A DNA stretch of 51,919 bases, counting the filler, from Sphacelaria rigidula (taxonomy: Eukaryota), in assembly GCA_964200075.2 (NCBI GenBank). It is 3 parts of 3 records of this genome, joined end to end, with 100 filler letters (N's around TTAATTAATTAA, not from the genome) between each part and the next. Parts side by side here need not be neighbours in the genome. Positions count along the whole stretch, not along the records: positions 1 to 17,242 come from CAXNAA020001132.1; positions 17,343 to 34,582 come from CAXNAA020001133.1; 1 more part is not named here. One strand, 5' to 3'. The translations under genes and the position numbers were made by a program. The notes under the pieces were generated by a model. That model was not told where the DNA came from. It did no database searches and saw nothing but the letters and a program-made list of their open reading frames with translations. This document shows, piece after piece, positions 8,848 to 20,019 of this stretch. Position 1 is the first letter of the stretch, and each line of letters starts with the position of its first letter.

Positions 8848-9381
8848 GTAAGAGCTGGCGCTAATGCACACACCTTCGACATACCGTCGGCATATTTATG
8901 AGATGGGTTATATTGAGTTTACGAGGGGGGTACCTCGTCGTTTTTTTCGTCGAATGGGTCCCTACGCGGAAAATTTTATATGCCACCAACCCTCGAGATA
9001 CCAGCAGGATGTCCCCGCGATATATCGGGGCGGTGAGATTCCATAATTTGACAAATATGGTGCTTGCGCAGATCAAATCCGGGTCTGGTCTTCAAGTCCA
9101 GAGCAGGACGGGACTGTCACCCGATTCGGTTTTCAACAACTAGCTGTTCAAGACCTCACCCACTATGGCGAGGTCATTGGTCTTATGACTATGGCATGCA
9201 TGATCATGAGTACACCCCTACCCACTATTGTGATATGAAGACAAAATTTGGGTGTTGGGCAGGGGGCAGCGTGGAGAAAAGTTCGGACACGTAGGCCCTC
9301 CCCCCCACGCATTTTTTCGAAAATTGTCATGATTTTTTTTTACTTATCAGCTCTGTCGCAAGAAATTGATCGATAGAGATA

Positions 9382-10090
9382 CAGTACGGGTCCTGGTTAA
9401 GCGGTTCAAGGTTAGGCTGGCACCGTTTAAGCCCGGTTTAGCGGTTGTATGGCCGCTAAAGCGGACAGTTGCCGGTTTAACGGTTATTTAGGGCGGTTTC
9501 AGCCAGAATAGCGGTTGTGTGCCGCACAGTGCAGCAGCAGTTGCGGAGCCCCTGCTGCTGTAAACACGTGACACACACAGCTGCTGCTGTAAACACACGA
9601 CCCACACAGTTGCGGTAAACAAACGGCACACACAGCTAGCAATACACAGCACTGCGAGCGGCAGCTACCCGTTGAAAAATTGCCGTGCGCGGCATAAGAG
9701 TTCTGCGAATTTCAACTCATGACACCAACTGCGCCCAACGGGCATCCGTGTCGCGGTGGGTGTGGAGGCCGCCTCCACGGCTGTTTCGGCGAGGTGGAGG
9801 ATCCTGAGGGAAACGAGATGAATGGCATCTGCCAGTCTTGCTCTGGAGGGTTTGGCCTAGGGTTAACCCTAAGCTAGATTCCGAGGACGCTGCGGGAGAA
9901 AAGTTGTCGATGACGTCACCGCCGTACTCGGATATCTCATCGCTTTTTGAGCAGCTGGAGCAGTACGCAGAGTCGTGTGGCATCGGAGAGGCAGAGTTCC
10001 ATCTTACCAAGGCAAAGATATCCTTTCTCACAGCGTAAGCCTCTAGACCAGCAGGCAGATAGACATCATGGCCATGTTTTCCACGTTGTA
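9382..10090 (+). mobile_element. Possible internally deleted pogo/Tigger-like DNA transposon (intronic)
   Basis: TA-CAGT start followed by repeated TTAAGCGG-like subterminal motifs, a Cys-rich start MTPTAPNGHPCRGGCGGRLHG at 9718, and a C-terminal-like ...FHLTKAKISFLTA*ASRPARQIDIMAMF. No right TIR found. Confidence 0.35.
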
Positions 10091-10619
10091 GTCGATACTT
10101 CTCTTCACCCGATACACAAGATTTGATGAAAATCTTTTTGCAAAATCCGAACACATTGCAGCAGTGAAAGCTACAGCGCATGAGAGAGAGTGTAATAGTG
10201 TTTGTGCTGCAGTAAGGCTACTTCTCATGTATAGAAAACGAATGACCAAAGACCCACTTATTATGTGATCAGAAAACGTGTTTTCTGGGAAGAAATTTTT
10301 CTGATAATATTTTCCGATAGCCCAAAGTCATCAGAAAATCAGGATTTTCCGATAACCTCGGGCTATCGGAAAATGTTATCGAAAAAGCGTTTGAACACAC
10401 CTCACAGCCACCGACAGCACCTGTGATGGCTTGGCTACCATCACTACTCCTGCTGTCGCTGGTGCTCGCGGGCATTCAGCGTGTTGCATCATTGTCCTTC
10501 GCTCGCCAGAAGCGTGGTGACCCTCTACCCCATGAGATCTGCAGAGGGCAAGGTTGATGACGACTGCTGTACAGACAGGACATGCTATGCGGTATGTCGT
10601 CCGTACAATATTGTAGACT

Positions 10620-10985
10620 GTGCACGCAGCGTGTTGCGAACAGCCGTTGCAATGCTTTACAGACTGCCCACGCACCCAAGCCTTGTGGAGACAGGGCGTT
10701 GACAGTACACACAAGGCTATAAGATAAGTAGTGCTACTGCTTTGGTAGATCCAACGCATACAAGACAACATTAGTGTCTGTACTGTTTGTGCTGCCAGTA
10801 CAACCGAGTACTACAACCGTGCAGCGAACTTGCAGCTCAGTTGAGATCTGTGCATGCAGCTTGTTGCGAACAGACGTCGCTTTGCAGCACAGACTCCCTA
10901 CGCACCCAAGCCTTGTAGATACAGGACCGTACTGACAGTACACACACGACTATGAACAGTGCTACTGTTGGTAGCACTACAGCCG
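10620..10985. repeat. Diverged tandem duplication (units near 10620-10750 and 10848-10975)
   Basis: Both units share TGTTGCGAACAG...ACGCACCCAAGCCTTGT...TGACAGTACACAC...AGTGCTACTG. Confidence 0.8.
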
Positions 10986-13713
10986 ATGCATGCAATACAA
11001 TACTGTTGTGTGTTCTGTTGTCCGTCCTGTCCTTTCGGTCAAGTTCTACCGTGCAGTAAAAAAGCACAACCGTCACTTCTGCAGGCAGTTGGTACAGCAA
11101 GGCGGTGTTTTTTTTATCGTCTTGTATCACGCAGCCCACCATGTATTACCCACGCAATGCATCACAGTAGTACAGTCAGTACGCACCGTACACCACGACA
11201 GGACAGCAGAGTGCTGCGTCTCTCTCGCGCGCCCCAAAATTTGGAATCATGCCTGCACACCTCATAGAAAACGATGAACACTGCGTTTACAATGTTGATA
11301 GTGCGTCGATCACGTAAGGCCTACTTTGAAAAATGTGCTATTGAAAACCGCTTTTCTGATAACGTGTTTTTTTATTCATAAAAAAGTAGCGTAACAGTAA
11401 AACATGACATGCTCCATATTTTCGTTCTTCGCCTGATTCTTAACGGATCCTCAATTTTGTCCGGACGTTCGAAGTCGGCACCCGATTTTTCGAACGTGCG
11501 GCAAAACTTGAGGACCCGCTCAAGTTTTTTGGAGTCGTTTTTATTCAAAGTTGTACCTGACTCTGTTCCGTAAGGCCGCTTCTCATAATAGACGAAGATA
11601 AAAATCTGGAAAGGTGCCTTTTTGGAGCTTCAAAAAAACACGTTTCTAGATTTTTATTATTGTCTATTATAAGGAGTGGCCTAAGGTCGTTTCTCACCGT
11701 TGTAAAATTTTCAGTTTTGGAACATTTGACCCATTTTTTGGCCCCCAAACAGGGGATATTGCCATTATCTGTCTCGGACACTTCACATGCGCTTGGCTCC
11801 GAGAAATCGAGAATCGTCTCTTGATGAAATTCCAACTAGACCTGAAAAAACACCATGTAGTGATCTTTCAATATTTCCATATCGTGCTCACATTTCTTCA
11901 CGTACAGTTGGATTTTTGCTCAGAGGGCATTCTTGATACCTCAAAACCAAGCAAATCGGAAAAACGGACTAGACTCGTTCTGGTGGGGTGATGCAAAGTG
12001 TCGAAGACATGTAGTTGGTCTTGTGCAACATGATGATGAATGTTTTCGGTATGGGAGAACTTCATAACCACAATCAGTAATACCCCGAACGTCACTTCCA
12101 TAATGAGTACAACCCTGGGTCACAGTCATGCTGGTCGGGCTGACAATCGTCAGAACACAGCATACAGCAACCGTCGCCGAGCTGACAAATTCGAATTCTA
12201 AATTTTATTAGAGATGAATGACGATACAGATCGTCCGGCAGATGGGCAGAAGAAAAACGTCGGCACAACAAAAACGAACCGTCGTGTTACGTAAACGCAC
12301 TAGTGATGGGAAAAATAAACAGGGTACCTTCGACAAATACTCTGCTTCGAAAGGGGACGGAGCAGGTTTCAATTATTTCTCCTACTAGGTTTATTGCAGG
12401 GCTTTGGGGGCTGAGCATCAATTTTGGGACAAGTGCTAAACTACCGGGACCGATGCATTTTCAAGTGACTGTCAACTCTCGCCAATCAACGAGACAGTAT
12501 CGCTCACGACGACATCACATTCCCCTGGCGTGGCCGTGGCTATCTACTAGTGTGCTGTATGGTGATTGTATTATAAATAATGTTACATAGACAAAATACA
12601 TATAAATACATGCACACAGACACCGCCGGGGCAATGAAATACTCCCTCGGCGTCAAGCCATATGGGGGTTTGTATCGGGCATTCCGCGGCAAGTCCCCCC
12701 CCCCTGCCCCCCCTCGAAGGCTGTCGAGAATACGGGAAAACCGCGGCGGAGACAGTATCCCTCCATCAGTATACGCAATTGAACGACGTTATCACCAGCT
12801 AGGCATCGCCTGTGCGTGAGCAGCTCAAAACCGAGGAATTTGAAGTTCAAGTTTTTTGTGCGGCCGGGCAGTTTGATTGCTGGATTGTGGCTTGGTCCCG
12901 CGGTGGATTGGGATATATTTCGCATGTTGCAACCGTCCGCCTTGCTTCACCAGCACACGCCCGTACACAGCAGGAGTATACCAATCAGTGCCTGAAGGTA
13001 GTCATCATTACCGCTACTACTCCCACTATGTTGACGTAGGACGGTGTGATTATTGAGCTAGATGGAAAATTTACACCCAGAGAAAACTACACGACTCGCC
13101 GCAGACGAGAGTGCTCATCAATCACACTTAACTCCGATCCGCGGAGAAAGGAGGAATCTGTGTAATGCCACCGTCGGTCGCAAATTTCCACTGGATGAAG
13201 CTGGAAAACAAAACAACGAACGCCGTATTGTAGCTAGAAAAAGAGAACATATGAGAAACACGTCGAGAATCACGGGAATGTGTCCAACAACAAACACTTG
13301 TTAGAAAGGCGGCTGTGTGGGATTCGAACATTTTAGCTCACCTAGGGGTCGCACGTGTTCCCTTGAGTCATTGGCATCATTGTGTTTTTGCGTGTCATTT
13401 TTGTCTCGGTGCGGTGCGGTACCGGTTTTTCGCGGTACTTGCACTCCACGGCTTCGATGATTCACGGTGAAGTACCGTAACATATGGCACGATCCGGCAT
13501 GGTTCGGTACAAGGGCTTCACGTCACGCTCTGCACGTTAAATGGGAAGTACGACCGTACGCAGTACCACGGTTGATGGGTGCCGGCTTTTGCAAATTTGT
13601 GTTGTTTCGCAGATAGTATTCACATGACACAACAAACCATTGTTGAAAACACGCGGTAAAAGGACCAAGGGCAGCCCTGAATTGCACCTTCCGATGTTGC
13701 CCTCGACTGGCAG

Positions 13714-13932
13714 TGGACCGGTTCCTTCTGTTCGGGAGAAACTTGCTGCAGCGATCGTCTGGGGACAGTGTGGGGGGTTATGAGTCCGAGACGTTCAGCT
13801 GGCGGACAGGAGTGCACAACGGTCTAGTACCAAACGAGTCGGACGAAACAGCGTTGGAATTTCTCCACAAGCATGCTGGCGATGTCCGCCGAGCGGCATT
13901 CCACGTGGCTGTACAAGTTGGCTCTGGTACAG
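13714..13932 (+). CDS. Exon of a nuclear ELM2-domain protein
   Basis: Bounded gcag|...|gtgaga. Continues in frame as VDRFLLFGRNLL...DETALEFLHKHAGDVRRA, matching the (vd.yl...eqAL..Lhkh..Dv..A) pattern at the end of ELM2. Confidence 0.8.
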
Positions 13933-14344
13933 GTGAGATCGGGTCCACCCTGTCAGCCATGCATGCTTCGTGGAAGGCGGGGCGGTATGTGTTGTACTTT
14001 GGCATGTTTTCATTTCAACAATCTGAATAATTTCTTATTGCAGCCTGACTAGCACTGTTGAAAAGTATGGGCAGTGACCTTTCTCCTATATTCTTTCTCG
14101 GCAAACATAGTACCGTTAACCATATTTCGGACCTAGCCTCATCCTTGAGGTGACACGCCCGTGCGCCAGTAGATCCCTTTTTTCTTTTCGTTCTCCGCCG
14201 GGGGTTCGGAATAGTTGCTTCTGGTGGAAAACTGCGCCCAAGGACATCCATCGAAAAGTCGTCCCTACGCATCGTGTCCTGCGCGTCATGAATATTCGTG
14301 TATAGGCCGTGGCCAGCGGCAGCGCTGTCCCAACATTGAAGAAA

Positions 14345-14698
14345 TGTGTGAAGTATGTTGTCATCCTATCTATTTTGAATGCCAGTCTACATCTTCTCGA
14401 TATATGTAGGCGCATCAGCCGGGGTCACACAGGAGGGACGCCAACGCAGGAGTTTTATTTTATTTTATCTTGTTTCAGTACTCCACCCTCCTGCGGTGCT
14501 TGCCTTATTGTTTATTGCGAGAGGGGTCCTTTTCCTCGCCGAGAGCGAAGTCGAAATTTATGTATCCACGACATGGTCACTCTCTGCTGTTGGGCATGGT
14601 GTTAGAAAATGTATTAGATTGTGTGGCTTCACCGAGATTCGAACCCACAACCCTACCATAAGAAGGTTTCGAGGTTACCAAGTGAGCACAGTAGCGAC
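14345..14698 (-). mobile_element. tRNA-headed SINE, family 1
   Basis: Reverse complement of the element at 14875-15245: A/B-box head, GGCAAGCACCGCAG core, CA-rich tail. Confidence 0.75.
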
Positions 14699-14874
14699 CA
14701 GCAGACGTATTTATTGAAAAGTACAGCACAGTACATGCTTATAGGCATCACACACAGCTATCGCTGAACAGCTGAACAGCCTGGCGTATTTGATCGAGGT
14801 TTACATACATGCTTTAGGCGGCGCGTGGAGGCGTTGGGTGGTCTTGTGATTTTGCGCCCGAGTTTTGCGGAATT

Positions 14875-15245
14875 TCGCCCCGGTGGCTCAGTTTGTGACC
14901 TCGAAACCCTCTGACGGTTGGGTCGCGGGTTCAATTCTCGGAGCGATCTGGAAATTTTTCTCACACCATGCCCAACAGTGGAGAGCGACTATGTCGTGTA
15001 TACACATAATTCGACTCAACGGTCGACGAGGGAAAGGGACTGCTGAACCCCTCCCGCAATATAGAAATAAAGGCAAGCACCGCAGAAGGAAGGTGGGGTA
15101 ACAAAAAAAAATGAAAAAAATGAGAAAAAAAAAAATCTCCTGTGTTGACGTTTCTCCTTTGTAACCCCGGCTGGTGCGTGCCCACATATACCGAACGGTG
15201 TAGGCCGGCGTCCAGAATAGATGGGACGACAACAGACACACACAT
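14875..15245 (+). mobile_element. tRNA-headed SINE, family 1
   Basis: A-box GGTGGCTCAGTTTG and B-box GGGTTCAATTC. The ~300-nt body is shared with 25242-25604 and ends CCAGAATAGATGGGACGACAACA(CA)n. Confidence 0.8.
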
Positions 15246-16905
15246 CTCCCACAGTCACCTGGGCGAAACGAGCACAAGTTGACACACGCGCACATTTTCA
15301 ATGCGCATGGAATGACGGCAGTGATCATGTCTTAATCACACACCCTTGTCGCCCAGGTGGAGCTCGTGGCATCGAGAGTAGGGTTGTCTTTCGCGTTTCA
15401 AAGACAGGCAGGGAAAACTTAGTTCAACCGTTCCATCATGTCAGGCTGCTGCAATCCTTTCGATCATAATCGAATTTTTCATGCTTAATTTTGGCGCCCA
15501 CCTGGACTACTGACGCCCACCCATGCATTCACTCTTTTCATCCTCCAAAGACTGGAGGGACTGTCAGAGTTCTGCTTTTCGCAACAGAAGGCCACCGGCG
15601 CCGAAAGGGTTCACAGGGACAAATACCGAAAGAAAATAATGCATGTTCCAAATACAGAACTGTTTTGCCACATTCACCCGAAACAGGTACGCAAAACCGT
15701 CTCATGGGTCAAGGATCTTGTTCGAACTATTTTCTCCAGATTGGCATTTTGTGAGGAAATGGGGATCCCTCAGTATTACAGCGAAAGTACAGGCCGTAAA
15801 TTATGTTGAACGTACACAATCGCGCAGGTACCGTGAAATCCTGTCCCCGAGTTCCTGTTTTTTTTTTCCGATTCAAGCATGAGTCGATAAAATGATGGAG
15901 CTGTTGGAAGCTTGACGCACACGCACATCTTGAACGACTGCGTGCGTTGTACGGGAGATTCGCCTCGGTGCGCTGGTTTTGCAAGCCGCCACGCGTGCTT
16001 TCAATGTCAAACCCCTCCGCGACCTAGACCAATCACATGGCACCATCACTCATGTCACAGGAACCGGCGTGGGTTTTGGTGGGGTGCCCTCTACTGTCGT
16101 ATAGCCGGAAACACGCTCTGCAATGATGATACAGTTTGTGATGAAACAAAGTTAGACCTCAAAGGAGATCAATACGTGCGGGAAACATCGTAGAGCACTA
16201 CATCATACACAAAAATGAGCCGTATTAACGTTTCACACGTCTGACGACATAGGAGTCGCATCATACGACTAAATATGGGCAATTTATCAGAGTCGTCTTT
16301 TACGACTGAATTCTTGAAATGATACAAAGTCGTAGTCTTGACACCTGGACGTGTGAAACCCTCCAAGAGAAGAACAAACACAAACACAAACACACACCTG
16401 CTTCCGCACACTCTGTACTTGGAGGCTTGAAAGTGAAGTTCAACACGTCGAACGAGTTATGACTCGTGGTGACTCGAGTCTCACAAGTCATTTAAGAAAA
16501 TGTGGGCGAGTCATGGCTCCAGTTGTGCGAATAAATGCATGGAAATGATAACCGGTCTGACTCGAGTCATACAAGTTGTCGTAAAGATAAGGAAAAGTCC
16601 GAATGAAGTCATACGAGTCATTGTGAATAGTGAGGATGAGTATGACTTGTGAGTCATACCAGTCATTTCCGACGTATGAGGACGAGTCTGACCTGAGTCG
16701 TGCGAGTAATTTCTGGGAAATAAGGTGTCTGATACGCATTCGGCCATACAGTGCGTCCGTGCCTATACTACGCAAACGTACAAATTGCAAACCCTCACTC
16801 TTTCTGGCGGTGTCAAGTTGAGCTATTGCAGCAGTACGGTTCAGTATTGCGGGGCATCAAAGTACTGACAGTATCAAAGTACACATGTATATTTTTAAAG
16901 TATAC

Positions 16906-17122
16906 GCCGCGCCCCGGTAGTGTAATGGTCCGACTGCCGCCATTAGGGTGGAGAGAACGAGGGTTCGATTCCCGATGCCTTGCGTTTTTTCTTCGTAGTA
17001 TCTGATATCCACTGTAGAAAGCGTGAGAACGGGAGTAAACAAAGTATTTGACTGAGTTTGTTGGACGTGAGTTGACCCTGTGCGGGAGTGCTGATCCACT
17101 CCGCGAGATTGAAATGCAAGGC
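16906..17122 (+). mobile_element. tRNA-headed SINE, family 2
   Basis: Head GCCGCGCCCCGGTAGTGTAATGG...CCATTAGGG...GGGTTCGATTCCC is shared with 32942 and 35364. Body contains ATCCA.TCCGCGAGA...AAATGCAAGGC. Confidence 0.65.
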
Positions 17123-17242
17123 TTGTAAAAGCCGGGACGGAGCACGCCGGGTTCTGCCGGACCAGGCTCGCACTCAACCACTGAGCGCGAAGCGCCGTGG
17201 TGTGTTCGGCGAGTCGCATGACGGGTGAGCTGCATCCTGCTG
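17123..17242 (-). repeat. Dispersed repeat family B (LINE-3'-like), partial
   Basis: Reverse complement of GATGCAGCTCACCC...CGACTCGCCGAACAC...CGGCGCTTCGCGCTCAGT...GAGCCTGGTCCGGC...CCCGGCGTGCTCCGTCCCGGCTTT, also seen at 23638, 36270 and 36485. Confidence 0.85.
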
Positions 17243-17342
17243 NNNNNNNNNNNNNNNNNNNNNNNNNNNNNNNNNNNNNNNNNNNNTTAATTAATTAANN
17301 NNNNNNNNNNNNNNNNNNNNNNNNNNNNNNNNNNNNNNNNNN
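17243..17342. other. Artificial contig-joining linker
   Basis: N44-TTAATTAATTAA-N44, with stops in all six frames; an identical copy is at 34583-34682. Confidence 0.98.
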
Positions 17343-18605
17343 GGGATGCGTGGTCAATGGTCAAATGACTAAGGCAAGCAACAAATGAGTACGCCCCCGA
17401 TATGGTTCGTGGTGGTTGTTATTTCAGATTCCGTGCTATGTCATCTGTGTTAACTTACTTCATCGTTGTGATTCCTCGAGCCTTTGATCTCCAGGATGGA
17501 TCACTTAGGCATCTCGACGTCAGGGTTACTCAAGGTTACTGAAGTAATGATATGACACAAAACACTACGTGTCAAATGTCAACCATGAAGCGTGGGCACG
17601 GTTTGGGTTAAACGTGACTCGTTAGCGTGTGCGGGGTGGGACGAGTAATTGACGAAGCCATCGGCAGCACATCCAACTCAAAGTACAAGGCGAGAAGAAA
17701 GGACTTACGAGCTGGGCCAGCCTAAAAACGGAGTTAAGCTCTCAAAGCGATATCTTCACGACACAAACGAGTTGGGCCGTGATCCGCGTATCGTATTAAT
17801 CGTCCAACCATGGGGAAGGTGTCCATCTGCTCAAAAATCTGGGCCGATTTTTTTCTCATGGATTAAACCTCATGTCTAGTAATTCCTATACCTAGCGGAG
17901 ATAGCGTCGGCACTAAAATATCTATGAAACCCCGAACGATTGATTGAGCAGATGATGACGATTATTGAGGTGGACCTTTTCCTCGAGCACGGGGAGACGA
18001 TAGATACTCTCACCTTCACCAAATCCGTAATCTATCTCGAGATATGGCGCACATACATTTCCATACTCAAATCAGTATATTACGAGCGGAGGCACTAGAT
18101 GACCTAAATCTGGATATCGCATCTCAGTTTTTGAGAGTTGTGTTATGAAATTTGGTATGGAGAACCGCTAGTGCATAATAAAATACCGTTTTTTTTTCAT
18201 ATTTTTTCGTGTTTTTAGGGGAGTTTTGAGAAGAAATGGACATTGCTCTTGGGCCCTATCTCAATTTTTCAGCTCAATTTTTAGAATTATAATTTGAAAC
18301 TTGGCATGGAGAACGACAGGGAGGTATGCTGAGTAACAGAAAAATGGGCCTTCATTTTTTTTATGTTTAGTTTGTGGGGTTCGGGCGTTCTCGTGAAGAA
18401 ATGGTCGTTACCATACTAAAACGCCCTCAATCAGTGAAAAACAAGAGTAAAAACCAACCTCACCCATTCTTCTTGGTTCAACATGACCTAGCGAGGTCCT
18501 GCACAAAGTTTGAACCCACAAACACCAAACGTGGGCCGATAAGTGGCTTGCAAAATACTGTTCCGAATTTTCACCGGCCCGGTTTTTCAAAGATAAATTC
18601 GCGAC

Positions 18606-18846
18606 TTGTTTCTTGGAGTTGGACATTGAAATTTGGTATGGACAATCAACAGGAGATGAAAAAAGCTTTATATGAGGTCCCGAAGATTTTCCTTTTTTTT
18701 TCATGAGTTAAGGGCTATGATCAGTTTCGAGGTTTCAGTAAAATGCCCCTAACTCATGAAAAAAAAAACTTTGGGACCGAACAGACAGCTTTTTTCCATG
18801 CCCTGTTGATTGTCCATATCAAATTTCACTGTCCAACTCCAAGAAA
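18606..18846. repeat. Imperfect inverted repeat (~105-bp arms) in a region of GAAATTTGGTATGGA motifs
   Basis: TTCTTGGAGTTGGACA-TGAAATTTG-TATGGACAATCAACAGG...TTCATGAGTTA (18606-18716) is mirrored at 18745-18846. Confidence 0.8.
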
Positions 18847-19734
18847 AATATTGCAAATTTGCTTGGAAAGTACAAATCCGCTTGTAGGCTGGCCCAGCCT
18901 GCATTGGGCGGGTATTACCCCTAACCTATCAGAGCGTTCTTGGGTAAACATGCACGGAATAGCGCACCAAATGCCGCTGCGCCCCGGTGGTCTGTCTAAT
19001 GGTCTGATGGTGGAATTGAAACCATGTGGACGGAAGATCTCGTGTTCGATTTGGTTTGCGTCGTTGAAAGCATAAAGACGCACGTGAATAGCAAAGAGGG
19101 GTCGTGCGACTTACTTGAGTCTTCGACGAGAGTTGACGCAGTGCGGGAGCGTTTGGTCATACTCCAATCGGCGCTACTCACATGTGTGGCGTGTACAGGG
19201 AAAGAGCTGGGTCCTTCCCTTGAGACAACAGAGTCATCTCGTGGAAGGGGAGAGCTTGAAAGTGTGTGAAAAACGCCAATTGCAAAAGTGAATCACAGGA
19301 AACAACAACGTCAATTTATTTCCAAGTACCCTGCAAATTGGTCGTGTCCTGTCGCTTGCAGTACACACGCCGTGTAGTCGGTATGCTGTTAGTCTTGAGC
19401 CGATGCCATATGAAATTATGTACAGCGCCTTACTTGAAGTTGTTGACTGTCTCTCTGTAAGTTAGCCTTTTTACTTCGGCGCTTCGTGGAATCTTTACCG
19501 CTCGAGGTATTCCTACCGTGGAAATCAAGCAAAACGTAACGTTCCCATTGGCATCAAGGGCATTGATTGAAAAAAAATACTGAAGTATGACCGTCACTTT
19601 GGGTTTCATTATAATTTGATGACTTGGCGTACATCAAGAAATCTTCTAGGGACCCAGCCGTGGTTATTATCCACAATATGGAAGCACTCAAGGTAAACAA
19701 AACGGAAACGCTCACTCAAGGAAAAGCGGTGGAC

Positions 19735-20010
19735 GTGCTCATGTGTTGCTTGCCTTCGTCGTTCACCCGTTGATCGCACATCCCTTTCGAGACGGAGCAC
19801 CGTTCCCACTCTTAATGGAGACACCTCTAACATTTAGGTGCTCAATACGTTTCTTCCGTACATGACACAAAAACCTTTTTCCTATCTTATCGCTGTCTGT
19901 TACGCCGTCTGTGGCCACCATCTATATCCGAGTATAGCCGTCATTTTCTCGCCACTGTCTAATGCATCAAACGATTCCACGCCACCTTCGTACACGTCCA
20001 GCATTTCTCC
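19735..20010 (-). mobile_element. 3' fragment of a non-LTR (LINE-like) retroelement, family A
   Basis: Minus strand reads GEMLDVYEGGVESFDALDSGEKMTAILGYRWWPQTA... and is homologous to 28158-28470. The ILG...FL..VW pattern suggests an ORF2 C-terminus (inference). Confidence 0.55.
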
Positions 20011-20019
20011 TATTCTCAG

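Noticed and set aside
14875-14950. Nuclear tRNA genes here and at 16906, 25242, 32942 and 35364
   Set aside because: A and B boxes are present but there is no closed cloverleaf, and each is followed by a shared repeat body, so these are SINE heads.
16250-16710. CRISPR-like array
   Set aside because: The motifs are short, occur in both orientations and are irregularly spaced; the context is eukaryotic with no cas genes.
17287-17298. TTAATTAATTAA as a piggyBac target or biological palindrome
   Set aside because: It is centred in identical N padding twice, so it is an artificial linker.
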